A stretch of 64,000 bases of DNA from Malacoraja senta. Its lineage: Eukaryota. Location: assembly GCA_038087875.1 (NCBI GenBank), contig JAXLNO010000385.1:744001-808000 (forward strand), read 5' to 3'. Position numbers and translations under genes: made by a program. The notes beneath the pieces are model-generated. The model worked only from the letters and a program-made list of their open reading frames with translations. It ran no database searches and was not told where the DNA came from. Positions 45,801 to 58,700 of the stretch are shown one piece after another. Position 1 is the stretch's first letter. Each line of letters opens with the position of its first letter.

Positions 45801-47246
45801 ACTCGAACTATCTTGAATTCGAACTCGAATTCTATCTTGAACTCGAAGTCTATCTCGAACTCGAACTCGAAATCGATCTCAAACTCGAGTTGGAGTTCGA
45901 GTTAGGGGCGGAGCACCAAGGCAAATTCCTTGTATGTGAATACTTGGCCAATAAACGTATTCATTCATTCATTCATTCATTTAACTCGAACTATCTCGAA
46001 CTCCAACTCCAACTCCAACTCCAACTCCAACTCCAACTTGAACTCTAACTCAAACTCTCTCTCGAACTCTCTCTCGAACTCTATCTCGAATTCTCTCTCT
46101 AACTAAAACTCGAACTCGAACTCGAATTTTATCTCGAACTCGAACTCGAATTCGAACACGAACTCTATCTCGATCTCTCTCTCTCTAACCAAAACTCGAA
46201 CTCGAACGTACTCTATCTCGAACTCGAACTCAAAGGAATTGAACTTGAACTCGAACTCTATCTTGAAGTCGAACTCAAACGAGTTGAACTTGAACTCGAA
46301 CTCTATCTTGAACTCGAACATGAACTCAAACTCTATCTCTAATTATATCACGAACTTAATCTCGAACTCGAACTCTATCTCGAACTCGAACTCGAACTCT
46401 ATCTGTAATTCTATCACGAACACAATCTCGAACTCGAACTCTATCTCGAACTCGAACTCTATCTCTATCGACTTGCGGGCGGAGCACCAAGATAAACTCC
46501 TTGTATGTGAATACATGGCCAATAAACTTACATTCATTCAGTTAACTCGAACTGAAAATCTGTCTTGAACTCGAACTCTCTCTCGATATCGAGCTCGAAC
46601 TATATCTCGAACTCGAACGTCGAACTCTTTCTCGAATTTTATCACGAATTCTATATCTATCTAGAACTCTTTCGCGAACTCGAATACGAATCGAACTTGA
46701 ACTATCTCGAACTCGAACTATCTAGAACTCGAACGCGAACTCGAACTCTATCTCGAACTCGAACTCTATCGCGAACTTTATCTCGAACTCGAAATATATC
46801 TCGAACTCTCTCTAGAACTCGCTCTAGAACTCGATCTCGAACTCGAATTCGAATTCGAACTAACACTATCTCGAACTCTCTCCCAAACACGAACTTGAAC
46901 TCGATCTCGAAATCCATCTCCAACTCGAACTTGAACTCGAACTCTAACACGAACTCTATCACGAACTCCATCTCGAACTCGAAAACTATCTATCTCGAAC
47001 TCGAAATCGCACTCGAACTCAAATTCGATCTCGAACTCGAGTTGGAGTTCAAGTTACGGGCGGAGCACCAAGGCAAATTCCTTGTGTGTGAATACTTGGC
47101 CAATAAACTTATTCATTAATTAATTCATTCATTAATTCATTCATTCATTCACTTAACTCGAACTCGAGCTTGAACTTGAACTCGAACTCGAACTATCTCG
47201 AACTCGAGCTCTATCTCGAACTCCAACTCCAACTCCAACTCCAACT

Positions 47247-48533
47247 TGGATTTACGAAGGGGAAATCATGCCTGATTAATCTTCTGGAATTTTTTGAAGA
47301 TGTAACTCGGTAAATGGACAAGGGAGAGCCCGTGGATATAGTGTACCTGGACTTTCAGAAAGCATTTGATAAGGTCCCACATAGGAGATCAGTGGGCAAA
47401 ATTAGGGCACATGGTATTGGGTGTAGAGTGCTGACATGGATAGATAAGTGGTTGGCAGACAGGAAACAAAGAGTAAGGATTAACGGGTCCCTTTCAGAAT
47501 GGCAGGCAGTGACTAGTGGGGTACCGCAAGGCTCGGTGCTGCGACCTCAGCTATTTACAATATACATCAATGATTTGGATGGATTCAAAGTAACATTAGC
47601 AAATTTGCAGATAATACAAAGCTGGATGGCAGTGTGAACTGTGAGGAGGATGCTATGTTAATGCATGGTGACTTGGACAGGTTGGGGAGTGGGCAGATGC
47701 ATGGCAGATGAAGTTTAATGCGGATAAATGTGAGGTTATCCACTTTGGTAGCAAAAACAGGAAGGCACATTACTAACTAAATGGCGTCAAGTTGGGAAAA
47801 GGGGAAGTACAACGGGATCTGGGTGTCCTTATACACCAGTCTATGAAAGGAAACATGCAGGTACAGCAGGCAATGAAGAAAGCAAATGGTATGTTGGCCT
47901 TTATAACAAGAGGAATCGAATATAGGAGCAAAGAGGTCCTTCTGCAGTAGTACAGAGCCCTAGTGAGACCACACCTGGAGTATTGTGTGCAGTTTTGGTA
48001 CCCTAATTTGAGGAAGGACATTCTTGCTATTGAGGGAGTGCAGCGTAGGTTTATAAGGTTAATTCCCGGGATGGCTGGACTGTCAAATGCTCAGAGAATG
48101 GAGCAGCTGGGCTTGGACACTTTGGAGTTTAGAAGGATGAGAGGCGATCTCATTGAAACATATAAGATTGTTAAAGGCTTAGACACACCAGAGGCAGGAC
48201 ACATGTTCCCGATGTTAGGGAAGTCCAGAACCAGGGACGACAGTTTAAGAATAAGGAGTAAGCCATTTAGAACGGAGACGAGAAAACGCTTTTTTCGCCG
48301 AGAGTGGTGAGTCCGTGGAATTCTCTGCCTCAGAGGGCGGTGGAGGCAGGTTCTCTGGATGCTTTCAAGAGAGAGCTAGATAGGGCTCTTAAAAATAGCG
48401 GAGTCAGGGGATATTGGGAGAAGGCAGGAACGGGGTACTGTTTGGGGAAGATCAGCCATGATCACATTGAGTGGCGGTGCTGGATCGAAGGGGCAAATGG
48501 CCTACTCCTGCACATAGTGTCTATTGTCTATTG
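47247..48533 (+). mobile_element. CR1 LINE, 5'-truncated (left arm)
   Basis: [44 protein letters not shown]; (TCTATTG)n tail. Confidence 0.93.
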
Positions 48534-49843
48534 AACTCGAACTCGAACTCGAACTCGAACTCTATCACGAATATCTCGAACTCGAACTCTATCTCTATCT
48601 CGAACTCGATCTCGAACTCGAGCTCGACTTGCGGGCGGAGCATCAAGCCAAATTACTTGTATGTGAATACATGGCCAATAAACTTATTCATTCATTTATT
48701 CATGCATTCAGTCAACTCGAACTCGAACTCTCTCTCGAACTCCAACTCTTATCTCGAACTCGAAATATCTAGAACTCTCTCTCGAACTTGAACTATCTCG
48801 AACTATCTCGAACGCGAACTCGATATCAAACTCGATCTCGATTTCGAACTTTATCTTGAACTCGAATTCGAACTCTATATTGAATTCGAACTTTATCTCT
48901 AGCTAAAACTCGAATTCGAACTCGAACTATCTCGACCTCGAACTTTATCTCGAAATCGAAATCTATCTCGAACTCGAACTCGAATTCGATCTCGAACTCG
49001 AGTTGGATTTCGACTTACGGGCGGAGCACCAAGGTAAACCCCTTGTACGTGAAAACTTGGCCAATAAACATTCATTCATTCATTCATGCATTCCGTCAAC
49101 TCGAACTCAAACTCTATCTCGAACTCGATCTCGATCTCGAAATCGAACTCGCACTCGAACGCACTATATCTCGAACACGATCTTGAACTCGAGTTCGAGT
49201 TCGACTACGACTTGCGGGCGGAGCACCAAGGCAAATTCCTTTTTGAGGCAGCGACTCCGGTGAATCCCAACAATGGTGGGGAGGTCTGAGCCGGTGATGG
49301 ACTGAGTAGTTGTCGAACCAGGCCATGGTGCAACCAGACAATATGTTCTCCACTTTACACCTGTAGAAGTTCAAGAGAATCCTCTTTGACACACCGAATC
49401 TCCGTAATCTCCTCAGGAAATAGAGGCGTTGCTGTGCTTTATTTATAATTGCATCAGTGTGCTGGGTCCAGGAAAGATCTCCGGAAATATGCACGCCAGG
49501 AATTTGAAAATGTTCACTCTCTCCACCGTTGATATAAACGGGATTGTGGAACCTCATTCTTCCTCTTCCAAAGTCCACAATCAGTTCATTGGTTTTACTG
49601 ATATTGAGAGCCAGGTTATTGTGCTGGCACCATTTGGTCAATCGGTCGATCTCACTTCTTTCACACTCATCACCATCTGTAATTCGTCCAACAATGGTGG
49701 TGTTGTCGATGAGCTTGAAGATGGAGTTTGCACTGTGTCCGGCTACACAGTCATGAGTATGGAGTGAGTGGAGCAGGGGGCTGAGTACGCAGTCTTGAGG
49801 TGCTCCTGTATTGATTGTTAATGAGGATGATGTATTTCTACCA

Positions 49844-51885
49844 TCTTCTTGCGAGTGAAGCATAAACGTTTGAAGCAACAAACACCCACATCGAGGTAAG
49901 TGGGTGCTTGTTGGAAATCCAAGCGCCTGTTGTTAACGAAGACAGCTAGCTCTCGCTTAGCTTCATTGTTGTGTAGATGGAATGCTGTTTACACTGTTTT
50001 GCCTTCGCTCAGCTTTAGATGCCACTGTCGTAGGTATACTGCAAAAGTCCCCATGTCTTGACTCAAGGAGCTTTCGATTGTCTGCCACTATTTGTGTCTC
50101 ATCAGGATGGCTAGATCGTCAGCATACCTATATTTTTCCAGCGATAGTCTCTGGGAGGTAATGGATGTACACGGTGAAAAGCTGCGGAGCCAAGACAGAT
50201 CCCTGTGGGACGTCATTCTTCAGTCTACATAAGGGCCTGTCCCACGGGCATGCGACTCCATGCGGCAAGCGTGATCTAACCGCAAGCGGGCGCCGCGCGG
50301 AGGTCGAGTGATTCCCGTACAGGGCCGGTCCCACCAGCATGTGGCTGCATGCGGCTGCATGCGCCAAGCGCTACCAAATCGTTGCCACATGGAATTATTG
50401 AACAGTGTCAGTTTTTCGGAGCCCCGCGCGATGTCGGGACCAGCTCCGCACAACTCCATGCCGCTCCCGTGATCGAAGTGGGACCGGCCTCGCGACCTCC
50501 GCGTGGCACCCGCACGACCCCCCGCTTGCGGTTAGGTCGCGCTTGCCGCATGGAGTCGCATGCCCGTGGGACAGGCCCTTTAGCCTACTCTGCTGTCCAT
50601 CACTGGTCTTAAGCACAAAGCTGCGGTTAAATATCAGCTCCATGCTGTAGCGTACCATGCGCCTGTCTGGCAGCACCCAAAGAGGCTTTTCAGTTAGTCC
50701 CCGGTGCCACACGGTGTCACAGGCAGCTGTCAGATCCACAAGAACAACCCCTGCCTTCTCATTTGCCTCAAAACAATCCTCGATGTCTTGGGTGAGGAGG
50801 GTTACCTGGTCCGCAGTGGATCGACCTTGGCGGAAACCAGCCTGCTCGTGGGGTAGTTGAGGGTCTATGATGGTCACTGTGTCACTTGGCATTTGTCGGG
50901 TTTGGACGTAACTCTGCTGGTCAGGCGGTTGACTGTGTGCCATGCTTTACCGTGTTGGTGTTGGTGAAATCGATCGATTCAACCTTCTCAATCCAGCGTT
51001 CTTATCGTTTCTCATCCAAGCGTGTGAGCAATGTAGTGGCAGTGGTTTCAGAATCCTCTTTGGTGCCAGCAGCCGTATGATCTTCGTATAGCTGTTGACA
51101 CTCATCATCCCAACATGGAATGTAATCCCTCTGGTATCCACGGGGGGTGGTTTTCTTGCCCGCACTGATAAGCATGTTGCAGTAGGCTTGGTTGGAAGAG
51201 TCCAGGTTGGTACTGTCTGGGGGAGGAAGGCCCGAGGAGGCTGCGTTTGTAAGTTGTTGGAACTTGTCCCAGTCGGCCTTGTGGAAGTTCCACCGCTTGA
51301 TGTTGGAGCAACCAGTGGTGTTGTGGTGATGAGTGATGGTCGGTGCCGTGACCCTGGGAACTTCTCCAGAACCCGGCGCGTTGGTAACTGATGGTTCTTT
51401 GTGTTACTGGCAAAGGCTAGGTCTGGGTATGTACCAGTGTTCCAGCGGGCTGAATGGAAGCTGTTTGGCTCCTTTGGATCATACAGAAGCGTGAGGTCAT
51501 TGGCAGATGCCCAATATATGAGGCTGTTTCCATCACTATTCCATCTTGAGTAGCCCCGTTCAGTGTGGTGGCAGTTGACATCACCTGAGTATACACAGGG
51601 TGGGGTGAACACTGTTATGCATATTGTAGCCAGACGCACTGGGGGTGGCTTGTACACATTGATGATGGTGACGTCCTGGACCTTCACTGCAAGCCATTCC
51701 AGATCTGAGTCTTCTGCAGACTGCCCTTCTATAGCCCAATCCGTGTCATCTCTGATGAAAGTGGCCAGACCATATATACTACTTGGTGTGAAAGTAGCTA
51801 GTGTGAATTCAGGTATTGTGTATTTCTCCACGGTTTCGCAGTGTGTCTTCTGCAGGAGTATGACATTCGCTTAATGGATATCTTA
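49844..51885 (-). mobile_element. Vingi/Ingi-type LINE, internally deleted (left arm)
   Basis: LLQ.TH, INVYKPP, SFHSARWNTGT.PDL, EQAGFRQGRST, VDLTAA.DTVW; GAA tail; 12-bp TSD GTATTTCTACCA. Confidence 0.8.
50232..50579. mobile_element. PIF/Harbinger-type MITE (left arm only)
   Basis: Long TIR AGGGCCTGTCCCACGGGCATGCGACTCCATGCGGCAAGCG; flanks ATA/TTA; empty site at ~57090. Confidence 0.85.
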
Positions 51886-51990
51886 GTATTTCTACCAATT
51901 CAAACAGACTGGTCTGTGGATGAGGAAGTCGAGGATCCAATTGCAGAGGGATGTGCACAGACCAAGTTCCATGAGTTTGGTAACCAGCTT

Positions 51991-52708
51991 TGATTTTAAT
52001 CCAAAATAATAATTATGTAATTGCTCGCAGAAGGCCGGCTTGGCCAGGCCAAGGAGCAACCCAACCAGGACAACTTCGGCCACGCCCACTCCCTAGTTCC
52101 CGTAACCGCTCCTCCCCCTTTGGACCCTAGGTGAAGTGGCGGTGCTCCTTGCCCTCTGGACCCTGGCTACAAATGACGCTCTACTGGTCCCTTGGTAACC
52201 AGTTTAAAAAAAAATGTAATCAAAAATATGTATTCAAATATTAAAACAATATATACAGTACAGTAAAAAACAAAACAGAACCCACCACCATAATACACCA
52301 GGGACAAATATACAAAAATAAACTACTATACAATGATGTTACAATCCTTGTCACTGATGCATTCAAACCCCTGCGGTACCCAACAGTCCCGGAAATGCCC
52401 CGGGGTGTCAGTGGAAAGCACGTAGTCCCTTGCTAACACCACCCGGGCACGGATGTAACCCCGGAAAAGGGGCAGGCAGCTGGCTCGGGGACAGCCCTCT
52501 TCCGCCTGGCGTCGTGACTAGCGGATGGCCAGCATGGCCAGGCCCAGGAGCAACCCAAGTATGACATCTTCAGCACTACCCTCTCCCTACGCACAGGGTG
52601 TCCAAGGATGAGGATGGTGGGTGAGAAATGTAGTCAGAAGGCAAGAAGCAGCCCCTTTAGATAATAGAACAGGGGCTGCAACCTCACACACTCCATATAC
52701 ACGTGGCA
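51991..52708 (-). mobile_element. Two tandem Tx1-derived 3' fragments (left arm)
   Basis: HVYMECVRLQPL..YLKG, VGLLLGLAK; separated by copies of TTGGTAACCAGYTT at 51977, 52192 and 52710. Confidence 0.8.
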
Positions 52709-53057
52709 CTTGGTAACCAGTTTTGAGGGGAAGCTGGGTGTTAAGTATAGAGCTGCTGTCTATGAGGAACAGCCTGACGTATGGTTTAGTTATTCTCCAA
52801 GTGGTCCAGTGCAGGATGGAGTGCCAGCGTGATCACGTTCTCCGTTGATCTTTTGTTGCTATCGGCAAATTATACTGCGTTCAGGTTGTTATAGAGGTAG
52901 GAGTTGGTGTGTGCCATCACCGTCCTCTTAAAGCACTTCATCACCACAGACGTCAGTGGCAGCGGTCGGTAGTCATTGAGGCACGTTACCTTACCAATAT
53001 TGACACCGGTATTAATTGTGGTCTTTTATTGTAGATAGGAAACTCAAACCTCAGCAA

Positions 53058-54494
53058 ACCCCAGGAGGGTAATAGGGGACTGAAGAGGGAGAGTTTATGT
53101 AGGTACGCGAGAGATAGGTGTTTGATTCCGTGCAGACAGGCGGTGCCAGTGGTATCAGCCCACGCCATCTGTAAAGAGAGGGTGGAGCAGGTTCACTCTC
53201 GCCTGGTTATGTGCTGTAAAAGTATACATATAGGTTTATCCTCCCCGGTCATTATAAGCCACTGCGTATTGCCCTTCACTGCGGATATAACTTCCCCCTT
53301 GCGAGGGGGCCCCCGCCGGGGACTGGACCCCACACCTTCCGGGCATCTTCCTGATGTTTTTTCGTCGATGTGGTGTCATCTGGCTCGACTGCAACAGGCA
53401 GATGTCGGCTCATGGGTGTCCCCCGAGTCACAGGCCGTTGGTTCAAGTTGTTTACTACTTGCTGTAACACAAGGGCCCACACAAGGGAAGTTAGTGTACG
53501 TATCTGCTCTTATAGACCATTCATTCGCTTCATCAGCCCTGCTGCTTGTGGGTATTACTGGATGTGGAGCGTCCACTGCACCCATTATCAGCTGCCCACT
53601 GATGGACTTTGTTACCGGTAAAGTGGGACCCATAGTCAGATTGAATCTCCCATGGGGGACCATACACGGCCATTAGCTGGTACAGTCCATGTATCTCCCA
53701 GCCCTGGGAATGCTACTGTGTCATCCAAACAGCCATACCGTCTGCAACTGCCCACGAGTCGGTGTACAGGCGGACTGGAGTAATGTCATCAGACAAAGGG
53801 TGGGCGGCCGCCTGCCAGACGGCCTTACCTGCAACACAACGACTAGCCATCATTAAACCATACCTGTTGTGATTCGTCAGGGGGAGATCAGAAAATGGAC
53901 CCCCCCGCCCCAGGAATGGGGGAGGCAGGAGGTGGCTCTGGTAGTCGGTGACCTTCCGAGGGGAGGATCTTGACCTCCTCATGCAGAAGGCTAACAACGC
54001 CGGGACCTCGTTCAGCCCTATCAGACATGTACCATTTCCATTTTACAATACAGGAGCGCTGTGTGTGTTCCTCCTTATGGGAGACGTTGGCGAACTTAAC
54101 CCAGGTCATAATAGGTAAGTGAGGTTGCATAACCACTATCCCACCCGCCGTAAGGTGTTCTGTCGCAAGAACATACAAATAATTGTCGTTCAAAGGGGGA
54201 ATATCGCGTGGCGGGATCAGGCAATGTCGTTGTCCAGAAGCCCAGATGCTCCTGCCGTCCGTTATGCTCTTGCCACAGACTCCACTCCTCCTCACGAGCA
54301 GTAGCTGACACCTGCAATTCAAAAGAGGCATTCTCCCGCCGTAAAGCAAGCAGGAGCGTCTGTCCACCATCCTCTTTTTCCAGTCACTTACCACGACGGA
54401 GATGCGATTTTTCTCCGTGCCGCATCTCCGGCACCCTATGCGGCCTAACAAGGGGAGAGGTGCGGCCTTTCCTGAATACCGGCCCGGAGCTTCA
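53058..54494 (-). mobile_element. Class III (ERV-L-like) endogenous retrovirus fragment: pol tether, RNase H, integrase; no LTRs
   Basis: LGFW..LP....YSPFERQL, P.LPIM.WV, IVKWKWY..DRA..GP....LHEEV, VRLYTDSWAVA.G, IQSDYGSHFT...V.QWA, PQAAGL..R.NG. Confidence 0.85.
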
Positions 54495-54981
54495 AGCCGT
54501 CTGTGGCAGAATACCACGGATTTACTACCCTCTGACCAATGAAATTCCTCATCATTTTATTTTAAATAGTACGTCTTATTATTCTGAGGCTAGTCAGAGG
54601 GTGGTGAATCTGAGGAATTCTGCCACAGACGGCTGTGGGGGCCTCTCATTGCTGAGGTTTGAGGTTCCCATCTACAATAAAAGGGCACAAATAATACAAT
54701 ATTGGTAAGGTAACGTGCCTCAATGACTACAGACTAACGTCTGTGGTGATGAAGTGCTTTAAGAGGACGGTAATGGCGCACATCAACTCCTACCTCTATA
54801 ACAACCTGAACGGAATATAATTTGCCGATAGCAACAAAAGATCAACGGAGAACGTGATCACGCTGGCACTCCATCCTGCACTGGACCACTTGGAGAATAA
54901 CTAAAACATTCGTCAGGCTGTTCCTCATAGACAGCAGCTGTATACTTAACATCCAGCTTCCCCTCAAAACTGGTTAGCAAG

Positions 54982-55692
54982 TGACACGTGTATATGGAGT
55001 GTGTGAGGTTGCAGACCCTGTTCTATTATCTAAAGGGGCTGCTTCTTGCCTTCTGGCTACATTTCTCACCCACCATCCTCATATTTGGATACCGTGCGTA
55101 GGGAGAGGATAGTGCTGAATATGCCCTACTTGGGTTGCTCCTGGGCCTGGCCATGCTGGCCATCCGCTAGTCACGACGCCAGGCGGAAGAGGGCTCTGCC
55201 CGAGCCAACTGCCTGCCCCTTTTCCGGGGCTACATCCGCGCCCGGATGGTGTTAACGAGGGACTACGTGCTTTCCACTGACACCGTGGGGGATATCCGGG
55301 ACTGCTGGGCATCGCGGGGGTTTGAATGCATCCTTGACAAGGATTGTAACATAGTTGTATAGTAGTTTATTTTTGTGTATTTGTACGTTGTGTACTATGG
55401 TGGTGGGTTCTGTTTTGTTTTTTACTGTACTGTATATATTGTTTTAATATTTGAATAAATATTGTTGATTAAATTCTAACAAAAACTGGTTACCAAGGGA
55501 CGAGTAGAGCGTCATTTGTAGCCAGGGTCCAGAGGGCCAGGAGCACCGCCACTTCACCTAGGGTACAAAGGGGGTGGAGCCGTTACGGGAACTAGGGAGT
55601 GGGCAGGACCGCAGATGTCATGGTTGGGTTGCTCCTTGGCCTGGCCAATGCGTCCTTCTGCGAGCCATTGCTTTTTTTTTGGATTAAAAACA
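54982..55692 (+). mobile_element. Two tandem Tx1-derived 3' fragments (right arm)
   Basis: Target copies at 54966, 55482 and 55693. Confidence 0.8.
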
Positions 55693-55792
55693 AAGCTGGT
55701 TACCAAACTCATGGAACTTGGTCTCTGCGCATCCCTCTGCAATTGGACCCTCGACTTCCTCATCCACAGTCTGATTCAATTGGTAGAAATAC

Positions 55793-58700
55793 TAAGATAT
55801 GCATTATTGAGCAGCTAGCATACGGCAACTAAGCGAATGTCATACTCCTGCAGGAGACACACTGCGAAAATGTGGAGAAATACACAATTCCTGAATGCAC
55901 ACTAGCTACTTTCACACCAAGTAGTATATATGGTCTGGCCACTTTCATCAGAGATGACACGGATTGTGGTATAGAAGGGCAGCCTGCAGAAGACTCAGAT
56001 CTGGAAAGGCTTGTAGTGAAGGTTCAGGACGTCGCCATCATCAATGTGTACAAGCCACCCCCAGTGCGTCTGGCTGCAACATGCATGCCAGTGTTCACCC
56101 CACCCTGTGTATACTCAGGTGATGTCAACTGCCACCACTACTCAAGATGTAATAGTGATGGAAACAGCGTCATAGTTTGGGCATCCGCCAATGACCTCAC
56201 GCTTCTGTATGATCCAAAGGAGCCAAACAGCTTCCATTCAGCCCGCTGGAACACTGGTACAAACCCAGACCTAGCCTTTGCCAGTAACACAAAGAACCAC
56301 CAGTTACCAACGCGCCGGGATCTGGAGAAATTCCCATCACTCATCACTCATCACCACAACACCACTGGTTGCTCCAACATCGAGCGGTGGAACTTCTGCA
56401 AGGCCGACTGTGACAAGTTCCAACAACTTACAAATGCAGCCACCTCGGGCCTTCCTCCCCCAGACAGTACCAACCTGGACTCTTCCATCCAAGCCTACTG
56501 CAACATGCTTATCAGTGCAGGCAAGAAAACCATCCCCCGTGGCTACCAGAGGGATTACATCCCATGCTGGGATGACGAGTGTCACCAGATATACGAAGAT
56601 CATACTGCTGCTGGCACCAAAGAGGATTCTGAAACCACCACCACTACATTGCTCACACGCTTGGATGAGAAACGACAAGAACGCTGGATTGAGACGGTTG
56701 AATCGATCGATTTCACCAACACGGTAAAGCATGGCACACAGTCAACCGCCTGACCGGCAGACCTACATCCAAACCCGACAAATGCCCAGCGACACAGTAA
56801 CCATCATAGACCCTCAACTATCCCACGAGCAGGCTGGTTTCCGCCAAGGTCGATCCACTGCAGTCCAGGTAACCCTCCTCACCCAAGATATCGAGGACTG
56901 CTTTGAGGCAAATGAAAAGGCAGGGGTTGTTCTTATGGATCTCACAGCTGCCTATGACACCGTGTGGCACCGGGGACTAACTGCAAAGCTACTTTGGGTG
57001 CTGCCAGACAGGCGCATGGTACGCTAAATCGTGGAGCTGATATTTAACCGCAGCTTTGTGCTTAAGACCAGTGATGGACATCAGAGTAGGATAGGTAGAC
57101 TGCAGAATGGCGTCCCACAGGGATCTGTCTTGGCTCCGCTGCTTTTCACCGTGTACATCCATTACCTTCCAGAGACCATCGCTGGAAAGTATGGGTATGC
57201 TGACGATGTAGCCATCCTGATGAGAGACAAAGAGAGGCAGACAATCGAAAGCTCCTTGAGTCAAGACACGGGGACTTTGGCAGTATACCTACGACAGTGG
57301 CATCTAAAGCTGAGCGAAGTTCCTCTTGGATAGATGCAGACCGTTCTATCTGCCCAGAGAGTTTACCTCCACTGTTGTGACTGCAGCTTATATTCCTCCT
57401 GATGCTAATGCCAAGCTTGCAATGAAAGATCTGCATACTGCCATTAGCAAACAACAGACTCACAACCCCGAGGCAGCCTTCATTATTGCGGGTGACTTCA
57501 ATCACTCCAACCTGAAGACTGTACTCCCCAAATTCCACCAACATGTCTCCTTCGCCACAAGAGAAGACAAGACACTGGACAAAGTCTACACCAACATGGC
57601 TGAAGCTTACAATGCCGTCCCCCTCGCCCACCTTGGACAGTCTGATCACCTCTCATTGTTCCTGCTCCCAAAGTACTCCCCACTCATCAGACGGGTTAAA
57701 CCCACTGTGAGGACAATTAAAGTCTGGTCAGAGGAGGCGGACTCCACACTTCAGCAGTGTTTCGGAAACACTGACTGGAAGGCGTTTGCAGCCCAGGCCA
57801 CCTTTGACTCCCACACGGACATTGACTCCTATACATCCTCTGTTCTGGACTTTATAAACTCCACCATCAACAGTGTCACCTCCCTCAAACAGGTGACCAT
57901 ATTCCCGAATCAGAAGCCATGGATGAACAGCGAGGTCCAGCTACTGCTGAAAGCACGGGACACCGCTTTCAGGTCAGGCTATGCCCGAGCATATAGTTCA
58001 TCCAGGGCTACCTGAAGAGGGGCATAAAGAAGGCCAAGCACTGCCATAAGCTCAGGATTGAGGAGCACTTCAACAACAACTCCGACCCCCGACGCACGTG
58101 GCAAGGCATCCAGGCCATCACGGACTTTAGACCCACCAACACCACCCCCACATCCAGCAACGCCTCCTTCCTTGAAGAGCTTAACCACTTCTATGGCTGC
58201 TTCGATAGGGACAATCTAGAGATGGCCATCAAGGCGGTGCTCCCTGCCGATCACCAGCCCCTCTCACTCACCCCCTACGACGTGTACGTGGCACTGAGTA
58301 GGACTAATGCACGTAAGGCTGCTGGTCCTGACGGCATCCCCGGGCGCGTCCTCATGGCCTGTGCTGCGCAGCTGACAGACGTCTGGACTGACATCTTCAA
58401 CCTGTCACTTGCCCAAGCAGTTGTGCCCACGTGCCTTAAATCCACCTCCAGCGTGCCGGTGCCAAAACACTCCACTGCGGCAAGCCTCAGCGACTTCCGC
58501 CCAGTTGCACTTACTCCCATCATCGCCAAGTGCTTCGAGAGGCTGGTCCTGGCACTCCTCAAAGGCTGCCTATCCCCCACATTGGATCCCTATCAGTTTG
58601 CCTACCGCAAGAACAGGAGTACGGAGGATGCCATCTCAACGGCACTTCACTCCGCCCTCTCCCACCTCGGCAACAGAGACACTTACGTAAGAATGCTGTT

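Larger units (their letters stand above)
37163..49221 (+). repeat. Composite satellite block 3 (largest; L1 and CR1 inserted)
   Basis: About 20 cores with higher-order duplications. Confidence 0.95.
49222..53057 (-). mobile_element. Rex1/Babar host copy (left arm) carrying Vingi and two Tx1 inserts
   Basis: Rex1 RT segments rejoin across the TSDs: PSKLVTKL|MELGLC..WILDFL|NTGAPQ. Confidence 0.85.

Noticed and set aside
31791..47119. ORFs rich in ELEL, SNSN, RTRT and HSFI
   Set aside because: Translations of (GAACTC)n and (ATTC)n; frames are not conserved between units
37163..47246. CRISPR-like look: conserved repeat with variable spacers
   Set aside because: Spacers are hexamer arrays of very variable length, there are no cas genes, and the context is eukaryotic
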